A stretch of DNA of 61,324 nucleotides, the filler included, from Hausera hauseri (taxonomy: Eukaryota), in the NCBI GenBank assembly GCA_046269625.1. It is 11 parts of 11 records of this genome, joined end to end, with 100 filler letters (N's around TTAATTAATTAA, not from the genome) between each part and the next. Parts side by side here need not be neighbours in the genome. Positions count along the whole stretch, not along the records: positions 1 to 5,896 come from JBJURY010172083.1; positions 5,997 to 11,128 come from JBJURY010325383.1; positions 11,229 to 15,821 come from JBJURY010513571.1; 8 more parts are not named here. One strand, given 5' to 3'. Below the pieces are notes generated by a model. It saw nothing but the letters and a program-made list of their open reading frames with translations, did no database searches and had not been told where the DNA came from. A program made the position numbers and the translations under genes. This document shows, piece after piece, positions 1 through 12,189 of the stretch (positions within the stretch are counted from its first letter, which is position 1; each line of letters starts with the position of its first letter).

Positions 1-1023
1 CAATAACAACACCTAATTCAACATACAATTGCAAGAGCCTATAATGTATCACACAGTTAGACTTTTTCTACTGTGTGAGCAACAATTTTGTAACTCTCGA
101 ACCGAGAGGACATTGATTTATGGCAGCCAAAGGCAACTGATCCAATTTGTCATGATTATCAGCCGGAATTCTTATATCTACCTCAAACATTAAGCCCTGT
201 TTTTCCTCAACACAGTCAACATAAGGTAATTGTTCAATCAAACTGTTTAATCTCTCTTCATCCAACTTATGTTCGCAAAAAGTAAAGGTTGTAATAAAGC
301 CTAGCCAGACAAATTATTTACATGTACATACAACAGACTGGTGCTTTCATCAGTTGTGACTCTATGTTTATTTACAAAAGTTATGCCTCCGCAAATATCA
401 GATTGAAAGAACTGATACATTTCACGATCCTGTATTAACTCTATTTTATAGGGACTAGATTTCAGCGGTGTTGTCCGACTTAAACCCGAAATTGAGACAA
501 AGTTAGTAGCCTCTAAACCATCATGTTGCATAACCTCTTTCCTAAACCGCTTGAAAACACCAGTTAACAAGTATATATCCAATTTAATGTATACAAGCAT
601 ATAATCCAAAAGATTGCTGCACCTATATATCTACCAAGTAAGTTTAGCTTCCCGATAATCGCTATCACTTATACTATCATCCCATTTCGGTGGTAAGTCA
701 GTAATTGATAGCAAATCACTGAATGATTTAGCTACAGTGTATGGGGAAATACCTTTTCCTTTAATAATGTCCGAAGGAAAGGCCGTTTCTGTAAATGTGT
801 ATGTATCTAAATTTGAAGCGAATACTAACACACTTTTATATGAACACTGTATATTTGCCTGCATTGTTAAAAATTTCTCTGTTGATTGAGGAATAACATT
901 CAAATTCCATATACCGAATTTATTTAATGCGTGTTTCAAGATATGATGGAGATCGTAGCCATGCAAATTATGAGAAATGACATAATTGATATAATTTTGA
1001 TTATGGACATTCATCCATTTCAT
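1..1023 (-). pseudogene. Maverick/Polinton protein-primed DNA polymerase B fragment (copy 1, decayed)
   Basis: Collinear pPolB motifs across broken ORFs: HNLHGYDLHHI, KGISPY, YIKLDIYLL, ICGGITFVNKH, YVHVNNL, FEVDI. Clearly homologous to the + strand copy at 4393-5896. Confidence 0.88.
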
Positions 1024-1384
1024 GTTAATACTATATACTAGTCATTAATCATCACTTACATGCACGTTTTATTTCTCGAACTTTGGTCGTTGCAACTGGA
1101 CATCTTAGATGGTAGTCACATTGCCTCAATGAGTAAAAATTATAGGCTGAACTAGTTTCGGCCACCTGTAAATTTGGACTCACCTAAATGAGTTGAGTCG
1201 TCTTTACCCATGATCACTTTTGTATTGTTGTTGTTGTTGTTAATTAAATTAACCGAATGACTACATCTTTATTCTGTTGTTTGAATTACAGAAGGACAAT
1301 CAAGTCCATTTCAAACTAAATCCGAGTTTCCAATAATGATAAAGTCGGATCACCACTACCATCACCACCACACAAACCACACAC

Positions 1385-1959
1385 ATTAATCAATTCAGCA
1401 GGAGAATGAACGAGTCCATCGGAATTAGTTACATTGCAATGTTGCTTGAAACAAATCTGATTTGCTAACTGCCACATTGGAATGTTGGAATCACCAATCT
1501 GATCACATTTGACAAAATCTTCCACAAACCGTATTTAACGTGGATTGTCACCCAATGCATAGTAATCCGCCAATTTCTGATAAGTGCGAAAAACCTGGCA
1601 GAATATCGTGTCAATGTCACCAACAACCTGCGTCATATGTCGTAGATAAGGTTCTCATACCCTCCAATTCTTCTCAGCAGACAGAATTATCTCTTCAGGC
1701 AAACAGTATCGCACATCATGTAAAGGTCGATCAAGATTATAAAGGTGACTCCGGAGACCGTTGAAGGAATGATATAGGCTAATGATTTATGTCAAGTGAG
1801 TCATGCTGTAAGTAATTCCGCGGGAAAAGAATCACAAGTATTTATACTACAATGCAGGGTGAGCACGCATTAACCAATTTAGCTAGAGAATGAACGAGTC
1901 CATTGGAATTAGTTACATTGCAATGTGGCTTGAAACAAATCCGATCCGCCGACTGCCAT
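1385..1959. repeat. Imperfect ~90-bp direct repeat pair (1385-1476 and 1868-1959)
   Basis: Both copies contain gagaatgaacgagtccat.ggaattagttacattgcaatgt.gcttgaaacaaatc. On the - strand they read WQLANQICFKQHCNVTNSDGLVHS and WQSADRICFKPHCNVTNSNGLVHS. Confidence 0.85.
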
Positions 1960-2361
1960 GCAGAAAGTTCAAGTCCAATAAGGAAATTAATTCGTTGCCG
2001 TTTTCGTTTCCACTCATTTTCGATACGTTTTATGAAGAGAAATCGGACTATTAATTCAATATGCTCTCGTCAGTTCATTATCCTGGTTTCTGTCAGCTCA
2101 CATAGATACTGAACGTCAAACACATATCCAGTCATTATGTCATCGGTCTATTTCTGAATTTTACTCTCAATGTACTCTTCCATTTAAGTTGTAATAGTAT
2201 GGCTGATATGTTTATACTTGCATAAAAGAAATAAGTTTCATATTACCTTTAGTGTATATCAGTTTATTATATTATTTATAACTGTAATTATTGTTTTCAA
2301 TTTCAAGTTAACATTTACTTTAATTTGTTTAAATTTAGAAATGTAAGCAATATTCCATGTA

Positions 2362-2903
2362 TTGCGTCTCCCACATATATGTAGACGATCAGTTCCATCA
2401 ACAGATGGCGAAATATTACAAAATTGCACGGCCACGTATGTGTGTCCAACGTGTGATGTTTCTTCCAAAGGCTCGTACACCGACTTTTATGAGGTGCACA
2501 AGCATTATCTCGGACCACTGACTCGGTCTAAGATGATGATGGTTATGCATTGCACTACATACCTACGCTACTGCAATACTAAAATGAACAACGTTAGTGG
2601 TTGTCATAGTGCAATGGAGCAATACTATGGCAGCACAACGCTGCACAATAAACGGGCCTACTTTTGCCCCGGTTGTTCAAAAGTTGCTGAAATCAACTAT
2701 GAACAATTTTATAATCTGCGCAAGGACCACTTAAATCAGTTTAAGCGGTTGAAAAAACAACTAGTTATAGACTCAACTAAAATCAGCAGCAGCAGTAGCA
2801 GCAGTAGAAGCAGCAGCAGCAGCAGCAGCAGCAGCAGAGCAGCAGCAGCAGAGCAGCAGCAGCAGCAGAGCAGCAGCAGCAGCAGCAGAGCAGCAGCAGC
2901 AGC

Positions 2904-2938
<35 letters not shown>

Positions 2939-5896
2939 GCAGCAGCAGCAGCAGCAGCTTCCCCTTAATAACCAGTAGGAAACGGCAGGCCTAAACAAGT
3001 CTTGAAAACTTCATCAGAAACCGTACCGAGCAGCAGCAGTAGCAGCAGCAACAGGAGCAGCAGGAACAGCACCAACAACAACAACAACAAGAACAGGAGC
3101 AACAGGAAGCCAATATTCTCCATATTGCAGTCAGGTACCATCTGAACAGATTGTACGTGGACATAAAAATGAACATGTCGGCGAAAACAACAACAACGCA
3201 ATTGAGACATGTTGCGCAAAATGTTCGCCAACGGTTGGAATCCGAAGTGAAGAAATTCCAATATAACTGCAAAGTACAATATTATGCACTGGCAGAATTT
3301 GAAAATTTGGAAGGTGACAGGAAACAATGTTACCTGTCACATCGAGCCGAACCGTATTCCAACCATTTTATTACCGATATAGGCAAAAAGCTGGAGGAGA
3401 AAATCGCCAACTACACGAAAAAGGGCAGTGGATAGCGAATTATAAAAATTGTCACCCTTGCAGTTTATCATAACAAAGTCGAGTGACATAATATATTTGA
3501 ATAGACGATCATTCATACCGATATCTGCAGCTCTGAAGCAGTCTCTCGCGGTAGAGAATGTAAAAGATACTAATGATGAATACTGTTTTCTTTACATTAT
3601 TGTGGCGGTATTAAAACATGACAAAGTGGTCAGAAACATGCTAACCATCCAAATCAGTATCGGCAGTATTTTTCCGAATTGGATTTCGATGAAAGCTAGA
3701 TGCTGGTGAAACTAAAAACCATACGGGCCTTCGAAGGGCGTAATTTGACACTGGCAATCAATGTTTTTCGGTAAAACTCAATAGTTGAAATACCGATAGA
3801 TGAAGAAATCCAAGAATTTCTATGTGGATATAATCTATCGTAGTCGAAACCCTAATGGCAGCCCAATATATTTTTTGCTATTGGAGCAAAAGGAAAAGTA
3901 CCACTACGTTGCAGTAACAAATCTGAACAAACTGCTGAACATGCAACATGACCACTTCTTCAAAAAACGGATACAGTGTAAATGGTGTCCCGTACGTCTG
4001 CATGGATTCAGATCAGAAACAACATGGGACAAACATGTGACTATGTGCAGACAAAATTCGACAGGAACCATAATATATATCATGCCCATCAAAAATGAAA
4101 TAAGGTTCACAGATTGGTCAAAAACACACAGTCCGGCATATGTAGTATATGCCGATATTGAAGTTATCTTACCACGACACAACATATATGACCAAAAGCA
4201 TGTTCCAATCGCCGTCGGCATGTTGGTTGTCCCAATAAAAGCCGCGGGCAACATCAGTATTATGTTTTCCACGGATGGAATTGTGTACGCGATTTCTTGC
4301 AGCAGTTGCAAACCATAGTTGAAACTGAAATCGCACCGTAGTATTGCGATAATAGCACCAAACCTCTAATCTGGACAGATTAAAATGAGCGCTTGACATT
4401 AGCAGTCACAGATGAATGTTACCTGTGCCACAAAATATTACCCTTCGATGCAGAGGAACGGCTCGCACCGGATCACAATCATTTTACCGATCGATATCTC
4501 GGAGCCCCATGTAATTCATGCAATTTGGCAAGGCATGCGCGGCCATTCCTACCGATGGTATTTCATAACTTCAGAGGTTATGATTGTCACCATATTTTGA
4601 AATGTGCAATAAACGGATTTCCGCACTGGGAACTATCCGTAATTCTGACTACTGTGGAGAAATACCTGTCACCATCTGTTCGTATAAACCGGTTTCAAGT
4701 ACAATTCATTGGTTCATTTCAATTTCTGAATGAATCATTGTCAAAGCTGGTGAATGCGTTGCCAGATGTGCTGCTGAAATTGACTCAGTTCCGTATACAT
4801 ATTGCACGTAGTAAAGGCATATTCCCATATGACTTTGCGATATGGTACGAGCAGTTCCAGACGGCAGGTGAAATACCACCGCAATGGCCAGGTATCACAG
4901 AAGAAAAATATCACAGAGCACAGTCGTTTTGGACAGAGCTTGGCTGCAGAAACCTTTTGGAGTACATGCTTTACTATCTAAAATTGGATGTGTACCTGTT
5001 AGCCGATGTGCTTCAGACATTTCGAGCTAAAGCGTTGACAAAAGACAGACTAGAGCCGCTCAACTTTTACTCAATACCGGGAATGAGTTGGGCGTCAGCT
5101 CTGATGTTACTGGATCGGGATATCAAGCTTTTTCAAGACCCGGAAATGTACCGAATGTTTGATGTTGTTATTCGGGGCGGCATGACATTTGTCAACAAGC
5201 ATCACGTAACAAGTGATGAAACCATATAACTGATGTATATCGACATTAATAACCTGTACGGCTGGGCGCTTTCACAATCCTTGCCGTGCGGTTCATTCGA
5301 ATGGATAGTAGACAAGCAAGAGCTAGACGAAATAATAGAAAATCTGCCGAGAGCAGACATAACAGAAAACACCTCAATCGGATACCTGATGGAAGTCGAT
5401 CTCGTAGTCCGGATGAGCTGCATGATTTTCTGGGTGAACTGCTGGTCGCACCAATCAGTCAATGTCCACAGGGCTCGAAGGTGGAAAAGCTGCTTATGAC
5501 GCATGAACACAAACAAAACGGCATAGTTCTTTGGAGTCTGTTGCAATTTTACATGCAGTTGGGTGTACGCGTCACACAGCTGCATCGCCAAATCCGATTC
5601 ACACAGGCCCCGATATTCAAGGCGTATATCAATCCGAATTCAGAAAACCGAGCTACAGCTTGTACGAAGTTTGAAAAAGACTATTGCAAAGTGAAAAACA
5701 ATTCTCTCTACGGAAAAACAGTAGATAATCTGAAAAATCGGCACAATTTACGCCTGTGCAATAGCGAAAAGCGATTAGTCACGAACACAAACAAGGCGCA
5801 GTTCAGGCGGTCAATGCATATTGCCAATGGATTGGTTGCCGTGCTTTTAAACAGGGAAGAAGTCGTACTGGACCGGCCAAGTTATATAGGACAAGT
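2362..5896 (+). pseudogene. Maverick/Polinton pPolB (copy 2, decayed, truncated at contig end) with N-terminal Cys/His-rich region and endonuclease VII-like insert
   Basis: Motifs in order: KKGSG(W), ENVKDTNDEYCF, HYVAVTNLNKL, VVYADIE (Exo I), CYLC...DHNHFTDRYLGAPCNSCNL (EndoVII-like), [43 protein letters not shown] (motif A), KNNSLYGKT (motif B). Several stops and frameshifts. The 5' boundary (2362-3150) is less certain. Confidence 0.9.
2784..2958 (+). repeat. Interrupted (CAG)n microsatellite
   Basis: About 175 bp of cag repeats with agag interruptions, followed by a Q/E-coding tract at ~3028-3105. Confidence 0.97.
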
Positions 5897-5996
5897 NNNN
5901 NNNNNNNNNNNNNNNNNNNNNNNNNNNNNNNNNNNNNNNNTTAATTAATTAANNNNNNNNNNNNNNNNNNNNNNNNNNNNNNNNNNNNNNNNNNNN
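5897..5996. other. Artificial contig spacer (N44-TTAATTAATTAA-N44)
   Basis: 100 bp: 44 N, a six-frame stop linker, 44 N. The same structure occurs ten times. Confidence 0.99.
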
Positions 5997-6032
5997 CTTA
6001 ACCGTTTAAATCAATTTTAACCAAATAACAAA

Positions 6033-6542
6033 TTACAATAATTCTACAGTACAAGGCTTTGTATTCGCAATTGTCTCAATCCGAATTGTCGGTAGTTTTC
6101 TCAAATCTCCTCCCTGAGCGGCATCATCGAAGGAGCCTATTGCGTCAGAAGAGGTGGCGCCCAACAGTCTGGGTTGTCTCAATTGATTCATTCTTTCTCG
6201 TAGGTCCATTTGGGAATCTAGTTGACCTTGACTGATTAAGGGACTCGTCTCCAGATTGTAACTATGGTAGGGCTTGATCCGAACAACTTGGGTGTAACTT
6301 CCGTCGGAGTAGTATTTTAATTCAGTGGCCTTAGCCCGACACACTGGACATGTTGTTTTTCCATTGTCGAGTGTCCACTTTTTCAGACAATCTCGACAGT
6401 GCTTATGGCGGCAGGTCTTGTTATTCAAAACCACGTAACCTTGTCTCAGGTTGGCATTGCATACAGGGCATTCATTATCTTCTTTGTCCCAATCGTCTCT
6501 ATCTAAGTCAACCTGGATCGTTAATTCAATGGGTTTGAACAC
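6033..6542 (-). CDS. C3HC4 RING-finger domain (C-terminus of the accessory polyprotein)
   Basis: CPVC-x15-CRHKHCRDCLKKW-x8-CPVCR with all eight Zn ligands and the conserved Trp. Confidence 0.9.
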   Translation of the reverse strand: MFKPIELTIQVDLDRDDWDKEDNECPVCNANLRQGYVVLNNKTCRHKHCRDCLKKWTLDNGKTTCPVCRAKATELKYYSDGSYTQVVRIKPYHSYNLETSPLISQGQLDSQMDLRERMNQLRQPRLLGATSSDAIGSFDDAAQGGDLRKLPTIRIETIANTKPCTVELL

Positions 6543-7449
6543 AAGACCATCTCCGTCTTGATACAGGTATCCATGAATTACCTTCTGCTTAGGGTTAATG
6601 GAATTTTTTCGTGGGTCACAGTTTACTTGTATTAGTGTCCAATCTGCTATAAGGTCTCGATCTAAATCGGGAATTCTTCCTTCTATTCGATATCTTTGAT
6701 ATTGTTTCTTTAGTAGTATCCGGATTTACTTATAGACTGGAACTATTATTTTTCCTGTCCTCTTAGAGTGGAAGACTGATGTGAGATAATTTCCTAACTT
6801 AGGGTTTTTCCAAACATATGTATTTTCAAAAACTCTTTCTGGGGCAATTTTATATAAAACATGGCTTCTTTGATCATTTTCTTATTATAATATTCTGTAG
6901 TGATCAGCATTCTGGGTGAGTCCTGAGTAGTTTTACAATGGACATTTTCCTTGATTTTCTTCCATACAAGGACACTGACTTCGGTTATCATGGGTTTCAT
7001 AATTTTTTTCTCCACAGGTTTTACGTGCTGGGAGGTACTTGGTTTGTTTTGTTGGTTTTCCTTCTTTGGTTTCTTGTCTTTTCTTTTCTTCTTAAATAAA
7101 TAATTATAAATAGATAGTGTCTTCCTGGACTGGGGCTTCTCTTCTAATTTCGGTTTCTTAGTTATTGTTTCCGGCCTCGTTTCTTCTTTGTGTTTCTCTG
7201 GATACTTTGATGTTATATCTAGTGTTTTGCTTTCTTTCGTGATTGTCTGTAATTTTGTTTTATTTTTTTCTTGTCCTTCCATAGGTTCTTGTACTATGAT
7301 CGTAAGACTATGCTTGCCTGTTGGCTGGATGGTCCTAATCGGTGAGTAGGGTGCGATATTCTTTCTATATTTGGTATCTATCTGTTCGGGGTTTAGGAAA
7401 CCACGTAAATTGTATGTGGGGTTTCTAGGGGCCCATTCACGCTCCCATT

Positions 7450-7950
7450 TTAATGACCTGTAAATTTCTTGCAAATATTTGGAGCGTTGGCTAGCTGTTA
7501 GGAGTCTTCGGATTTTACCCGAGTCATTGTTCATTGACTCGATCATCAGCTTGAAGAAGGCTTCTAGAGCGGTTGGTCGATTTCTTCATTGTACGGTCTT
7601 CTCTATTCGTTCTTGGGCCCATGGGTGAGTGGCCATTTCCCTAATTCCGGCAACATTTGCGTCGGATATTTCTAGCAACTCGATTGATCGTTGTACATTA
7701 TATCCGGTTAACATACAACCGTAGAGACAATGATCCAGTTCTGAACGGACTTCTTTAATATCTTTTCCTCTTATAAGCTGTTCCTTTCTTAAACCGGTCA
7801 CTTCTGCATACGATTCTTGGACATGTTTTCGGGGGTTTATGATTGTAGAGTAAATTTCAATCCCATCTCTTTCTCTAATAGATATTTCAATGGGTATTCC
7901 ATATCCATTGTCTCCTCTGCCACAATTTATTGCTATGATTCTTATGTTAC
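7450..7950 (-). pseudogene. DEDDh (REX4/ISG20-like) exonuclease-fold domain lacking the Exo I acidic residues
   Basis: IIAINCG...IEISI...GIEIYSTIINP...EVTGLRKEQL..GKDIKEVRSEL...LYGCMLTGYNVQRSIELL follows the REX4 pattern VALDCE...RVSIV...LYD.YVKP...VSGI...L..A..F..V..E....L.G.ILVGH.L.NDL..L. Confidence 0.75.
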
Positions 7951-8623
7951 GACCATCTTGGACTAGCCTATATGACTGACGATGTTCATCCTTTTCTACC
8001 TCGGTTGGGGTTTGTTCAAATTCTATAACTGGCAAGCCTAGGTTGCAGTTCTCTCTGTAGGTCACTTCGAACATAATTTTAACAGGAAGGGCCGCTAATC
8101 TAAATTCGAGACCGTAATTTATAAGCTCTATACCTCTTCGGTTTATTTGAAATGTGCTGAACCAATATTGATGCCCTTCATTGGAGTTCCAGTTTTGGTT
8201 TTCCATTCTATAATATATTTCTCCGTTAGCTAGATGGATGTATATATCCTGAATTTTAGCTGGTCGATTTCGAATTAATTCCCTTAGGGAATATGCTTTG
8301 GCCTGATTGTTCTCGCGCATTGCGTAAAGGAAGATTGCACGATTTTCCTCTGTAATACCTTTTAGATCGTTGGGGATTTCGTTGGTTTTTGAAATTTCGA
8401 TATAGATTTTTGCTTGTAATGCGTCGGATATCCGCCTGTAGATAGACTTCGATTTCGGGATGAACACTGTGGCCTGTTCCCGGAAATATTCGTCGATGCC
8501 AAGTTGGCTATCCAAACTTACTGTTTTGAAAAACAAGAAATAAGGGTCAATCCTATAACAAAGTATTGTTCTAAATCTGACCCAATTCTTTGTTAGATGG
8601 ATGAATAACCCGGCCTATAATTG

Positions 8624-10035
8624 TCAGGTTATTCCATCACTGATTTCGTCCTGTGGTACCATCACCCTTAATTCCCTCTCGTTGATTTTATGACGCTTAT
8701 TACAATAGTTTTTGGTAATGAATCGACAAAATGCAATTAAATTTATGAGAGCAAACGTTGACGTTCTAATAATCGATATTAATGGCAAAGTTGTCCATTT
8801 AGTTAAGTTTTTCGTTTTAGCGGTAGTCGTAATTTTGTCTTCCGTTTTCTCGTTAATTAGTGGTTTTGTCAAGACAATCTCGTTTAGGGTTTGTACTGTA
8901 AACGTTTTACTTTGTCTGTTTTCTGCACCTATTTGTATTATGTAGTTTGTTTTGGGTTTCAAATAGGTGCATTTGATTTGATAGCTACCTTTATCCAATG
9001 TTACTTTCTGATTATTGTGTAATGTTCGGCAGCTTATTTCTACATCGTAATTCAGTGCTTCCTCCACAGCGAATGTTATTTCATGTTGCTATGTCCAATA
9101 TTTTACATGAATCATTTCTTGATCCTACTGATGTAATGCACTTGTTCGAGGGATTCTATTGGAAGTTAAAATAGTCGTATTCATTTTTGTAGTCGTAATT
9201 ATACTTGTTGTCGTTTCGGGCGGAATTCCCAAAATTAGATTTTCCAATTGGTAACTTCCTAGGTAAATGCTCGACTGGTTTGGCCGAGTTTCATATAAAT
9301 CTAACCGAATCCGGTATTTATATCTCTGAGATAACTTACAGCACTTATTCGGCTTTTCGATGTCAATTTGACAATATTGTTGATTATGAGCTGCTTTGTT
9401 CGCCCTTATAAATTGAACCGTGATTACTCGTCTTTAATTAACCGTCCTTTTGTGTCTATTTGGATACAGTGGTCCTTTGGATTTTCTGTTATAGGAGCTA
9501 TATTTTCTTCTAGTATCCGTTTTAATGGGTCGACGGACTGGAGCATGTCTTCTAGTTCTATATTAAGACAGTCTCCATAAGTTCGTGGTATAACTAAGTA
9601 TGAATTCCGTTTTATTTCGGCGTGTACATTATTACAGTTCGACAAATACGAACGATAACTGAGAGTGTAAGAATGTCCGTAGTCTACGTTGCAGCAAATT
9701 GTATCATCTTCTGACTCGAAATTACAATCTAATTTGGCTTGGCTTGATAGGTCATGAAATAATTTTTGGATTTTCCCCCCATATGGTCCTGGTAACCTAA
9801 ACCCGACACATGAAGCTTCTGGTGAAAAATAATCTAATTTTATTGCTCGTAGAAGTTTTTCGTCCTTTTGTTCTGATTTGTGTTCAGAAGTTCCCTCCTT
9901 TGGCGGTGAAGGTTTTAATCCGCTTTTCCTGGTTTTATATATATCGCTCAATGAAGTTTCATCGACCCACCATTGGGCATTAGAATTGGGTGTTAGGGCA
10001 GCAATCAACGATATGGCTACTATTATCTGTGCGTA
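8624..10035 (-). pseudogene. Type I membrane protein module: signal peptide, two Cys-containing beta domains, Thr-rich stalk, FN3-like domain, TM helix
   Basis: Signal-like YAQIIVAISLIAALTPNSNA (9976-10035) in frame with integrase. FN3 signature LKPKTNYIIQIGAEN. TM WTTLPLISIIRTSTFALINLIAFC (~8720-8797); copy B has a cleaner TM, LISIIGTLIFALIMIIAFC. Confidence 0.72.
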
Positions 10036-10079
10036 AGATAACGGTCTAGTAACGATTGACGAAGTCCTTGTTACTTGTT

Positions 10080-11128
10080 GTCTTAGATTGTAGGGTTTAG
10101 CTGGTCTTATATCTATTTTATCCACTCTATGGATCGACACAACTTCCCCTTTACCATTTTTGTTAACATATACCATAGTTGGCGTTGTGCGGATGATTTC
10201 ATATGGTCTTCTTCCGATACGGGTTAGTTTCAAAGATGTACCTTTCTTCGCGACCGGGTAATGTAAAGAAACCAAATTTCCTTTTTCCAGATCATGGGGC
10301 TTAGTCTTTTTATCGTATTGTTTTTTAAATTGTTCTTGGTATCCGAGTGATAATGTTTTTGCAACTTCCAAACACTTTTGAAATCTTGTCTGTAAGACTT
10401 CGGCAAAGTTTTGCTCTAAATCCTCGAGGTTCCTTTCATACGGGGTCATGCCTAGATCGGTAGTTAAATTGCTTCTCATCCATACATCATAAAGAACGGT
10501 GTAAATCCTGTTGCTGGACGTGGAGTCGTATTAATCGCGAATTGTGTTCCTTCTAAGAATTCATCCCAATCCTTTTAATCTTTTGCCACTACTGTTGATA
10601 ATATCCGAATAACTGTTGCGTTCATCCGCTCGACCATTCCATTACATTGGGTATGGTACGCGGTAGTAGTTAAACGTTTAATTTCAAATATTTTAATAAT
10701 CTTTTCGAATAACTTGCTCGTAAAGTTTCTTCCTCTATCCGTTAAAATTTGTTCTGGTGGTCCGTTCCAGCAGATGATTTTTCTTACTACTGCGTCGGCT
10801 AGAGCTTCTGCCTTTTGATCTAACAGTGCCATTAATTCAACAAAGTGTGTGAGTCGATCTACGCATGTTAAGATATATCTGTTATTCTTGTGGGTTTTCG
10901 GCAACGGTCCTACTATATCCATAGACATGGCTTGCATGGGCCTGTATGGTACGTTTATAGATCTTAATTCTGCTACGTAGCTTTTCGTTTTTTTTGTTTT
11001 GTCGCGCAGACTTCGCATGCTTCTACCCAATTCTTTGTATCAATGTAAATACTTGGCCAGTAGTATTTATTTAATATCCTTTCTAATGTCTTCTTCCAAG
11101 ACATATGTCCGACTAAATAAGAATCGTG
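10080..11128 (-). pseudogene. Gypsy integrase (rve core, GPY-like motif, C-terminal tail)
   Basis: SMDIVGPLP, YILTCVDRLTHF, ILTDRGRNF, TTAYHTQCNGMVERMN (D,D35E), GRRPYEI, PYNLR. Confidence 0.93.
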
Positions 11129-11228
11129 NNNNNNNNNNNNNNNNNNNNNNNNNNNNNNNNNNNNNNNNNNNNTTAATTAATTAANNNNNNNNNNNNNNNN
11201 NNNNNNNNNNNNNNNNNNNNNNNNNNNN
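11129..11228. other. Artificial contig spacer
   Basis: N44-TTAATTAATTAA-N44. Confidence 0.99.
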
Positions 11229-11459
11229 CGTATTTACAAATTGGACGTCCTTGCATTATTTTGGACGTCTTTATAACAGTTGGATGAAATGAAAATTGAG
11301 TGTACAACGACAACATCGGTTAAAGGCGGGAAACAGTGATTAATCGTAAATGGGGGTAGTAGCGAAGTAAATTACAGATTATATTTCCGAGGTAGAATAA
11401 CAGATGAACCAGAGTTATTAATAGATGTTGGAATTATTTCCAAAGAAATAAATAGAATA

Positions 11460-12037
11460 GTGGCCATAATTACAAATGAGCAAACTACAGATGAAGCTAC
11501 AAGAAAAGCCAAAACTGAGCATTGCGTAGGACGTATTATGGGAATTCAAGATTCTACTATATATTTCGAATACATACAGACGGATGAAGATAAAGAACAA
11601 TATGAAAAAAATTTAGGACCACCAAGCGAATTTGTACCGCTTACATCAAGGCAGAAACGACTTGTTGAAAGGCCAAGGAAAATACGAGGAGATATCGACA
11701 ATAATGGGGACTTAATAAAAGAATTAAGGCAAATTTCTACACCTACGCTTGATTCAAGTAGTGAAGAATTAACGGACCTAATGCAGAAATACATATAGTG
11801 AATAACTCTAGCCTTAGTGGTAATATACTAGATGAGAAGGAGAAAGTTATATATAAATCAGCTAGAAAGATAAAAAATTCTCGTTTTAAATTATCTAAAA
11901 GTACCTTAAACGACGAAACGGTCATTGAAAAAGTCATGGTAGAGTATATCATACAAGAAATAAGAAAAGTTTTGTTATATTTGGCCATTAAAACAAAACC
12001 AACAAAAGAAAAGAACTTAATAAAGCCACCAGCTTAG
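11460..12037 (+). pseudogene. Unknown A-rich coding sequence upstream of the glycoprotein (probably element-encoded)
   Basis: Two abutting ORFs (112 and 79 aa) with the same strand and base composition as the downstream glycoprotein. No motif recognised. Confidence 0.35.
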
Positions 12038-12189
12038 CTAGGAAAGCCGCTAGGAAGCTACCTCGAGACGTAATTTGGCCCAAATTGTTTAAAAAGGAAG
12101 ACGATAATCAGTATGGACCATCCTCTAGAAGTAGAATCGAAGACGTTGTGCGGAATCTGACGTCAATCGGTACTAATCGAGGAGGAGAT

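Larger units (their letters stand above)
5997..11128 (-). mobile_element. Ty3/Gypsy-type LTR retrotransposon, 3' half (integrase plus long accessory extension), copy A
   Basis: Integrase at 10080-11128 followed by ~4 kb of collinear coding sequence shared with the copy at 38714-43089. Confidence 0.88.

Noticed and set aside
2783-3340. PolyC/polyL ORFs on the - strand
   Set aside because: Antisense translations of the CAG and Q/E tracts.
5941-5952. Recurrent TTAATTAATTAA palindrome as a biological site
   Set aside because: Always centred in exactly 44+44 N; it is a synthetic six-frame stop linker.
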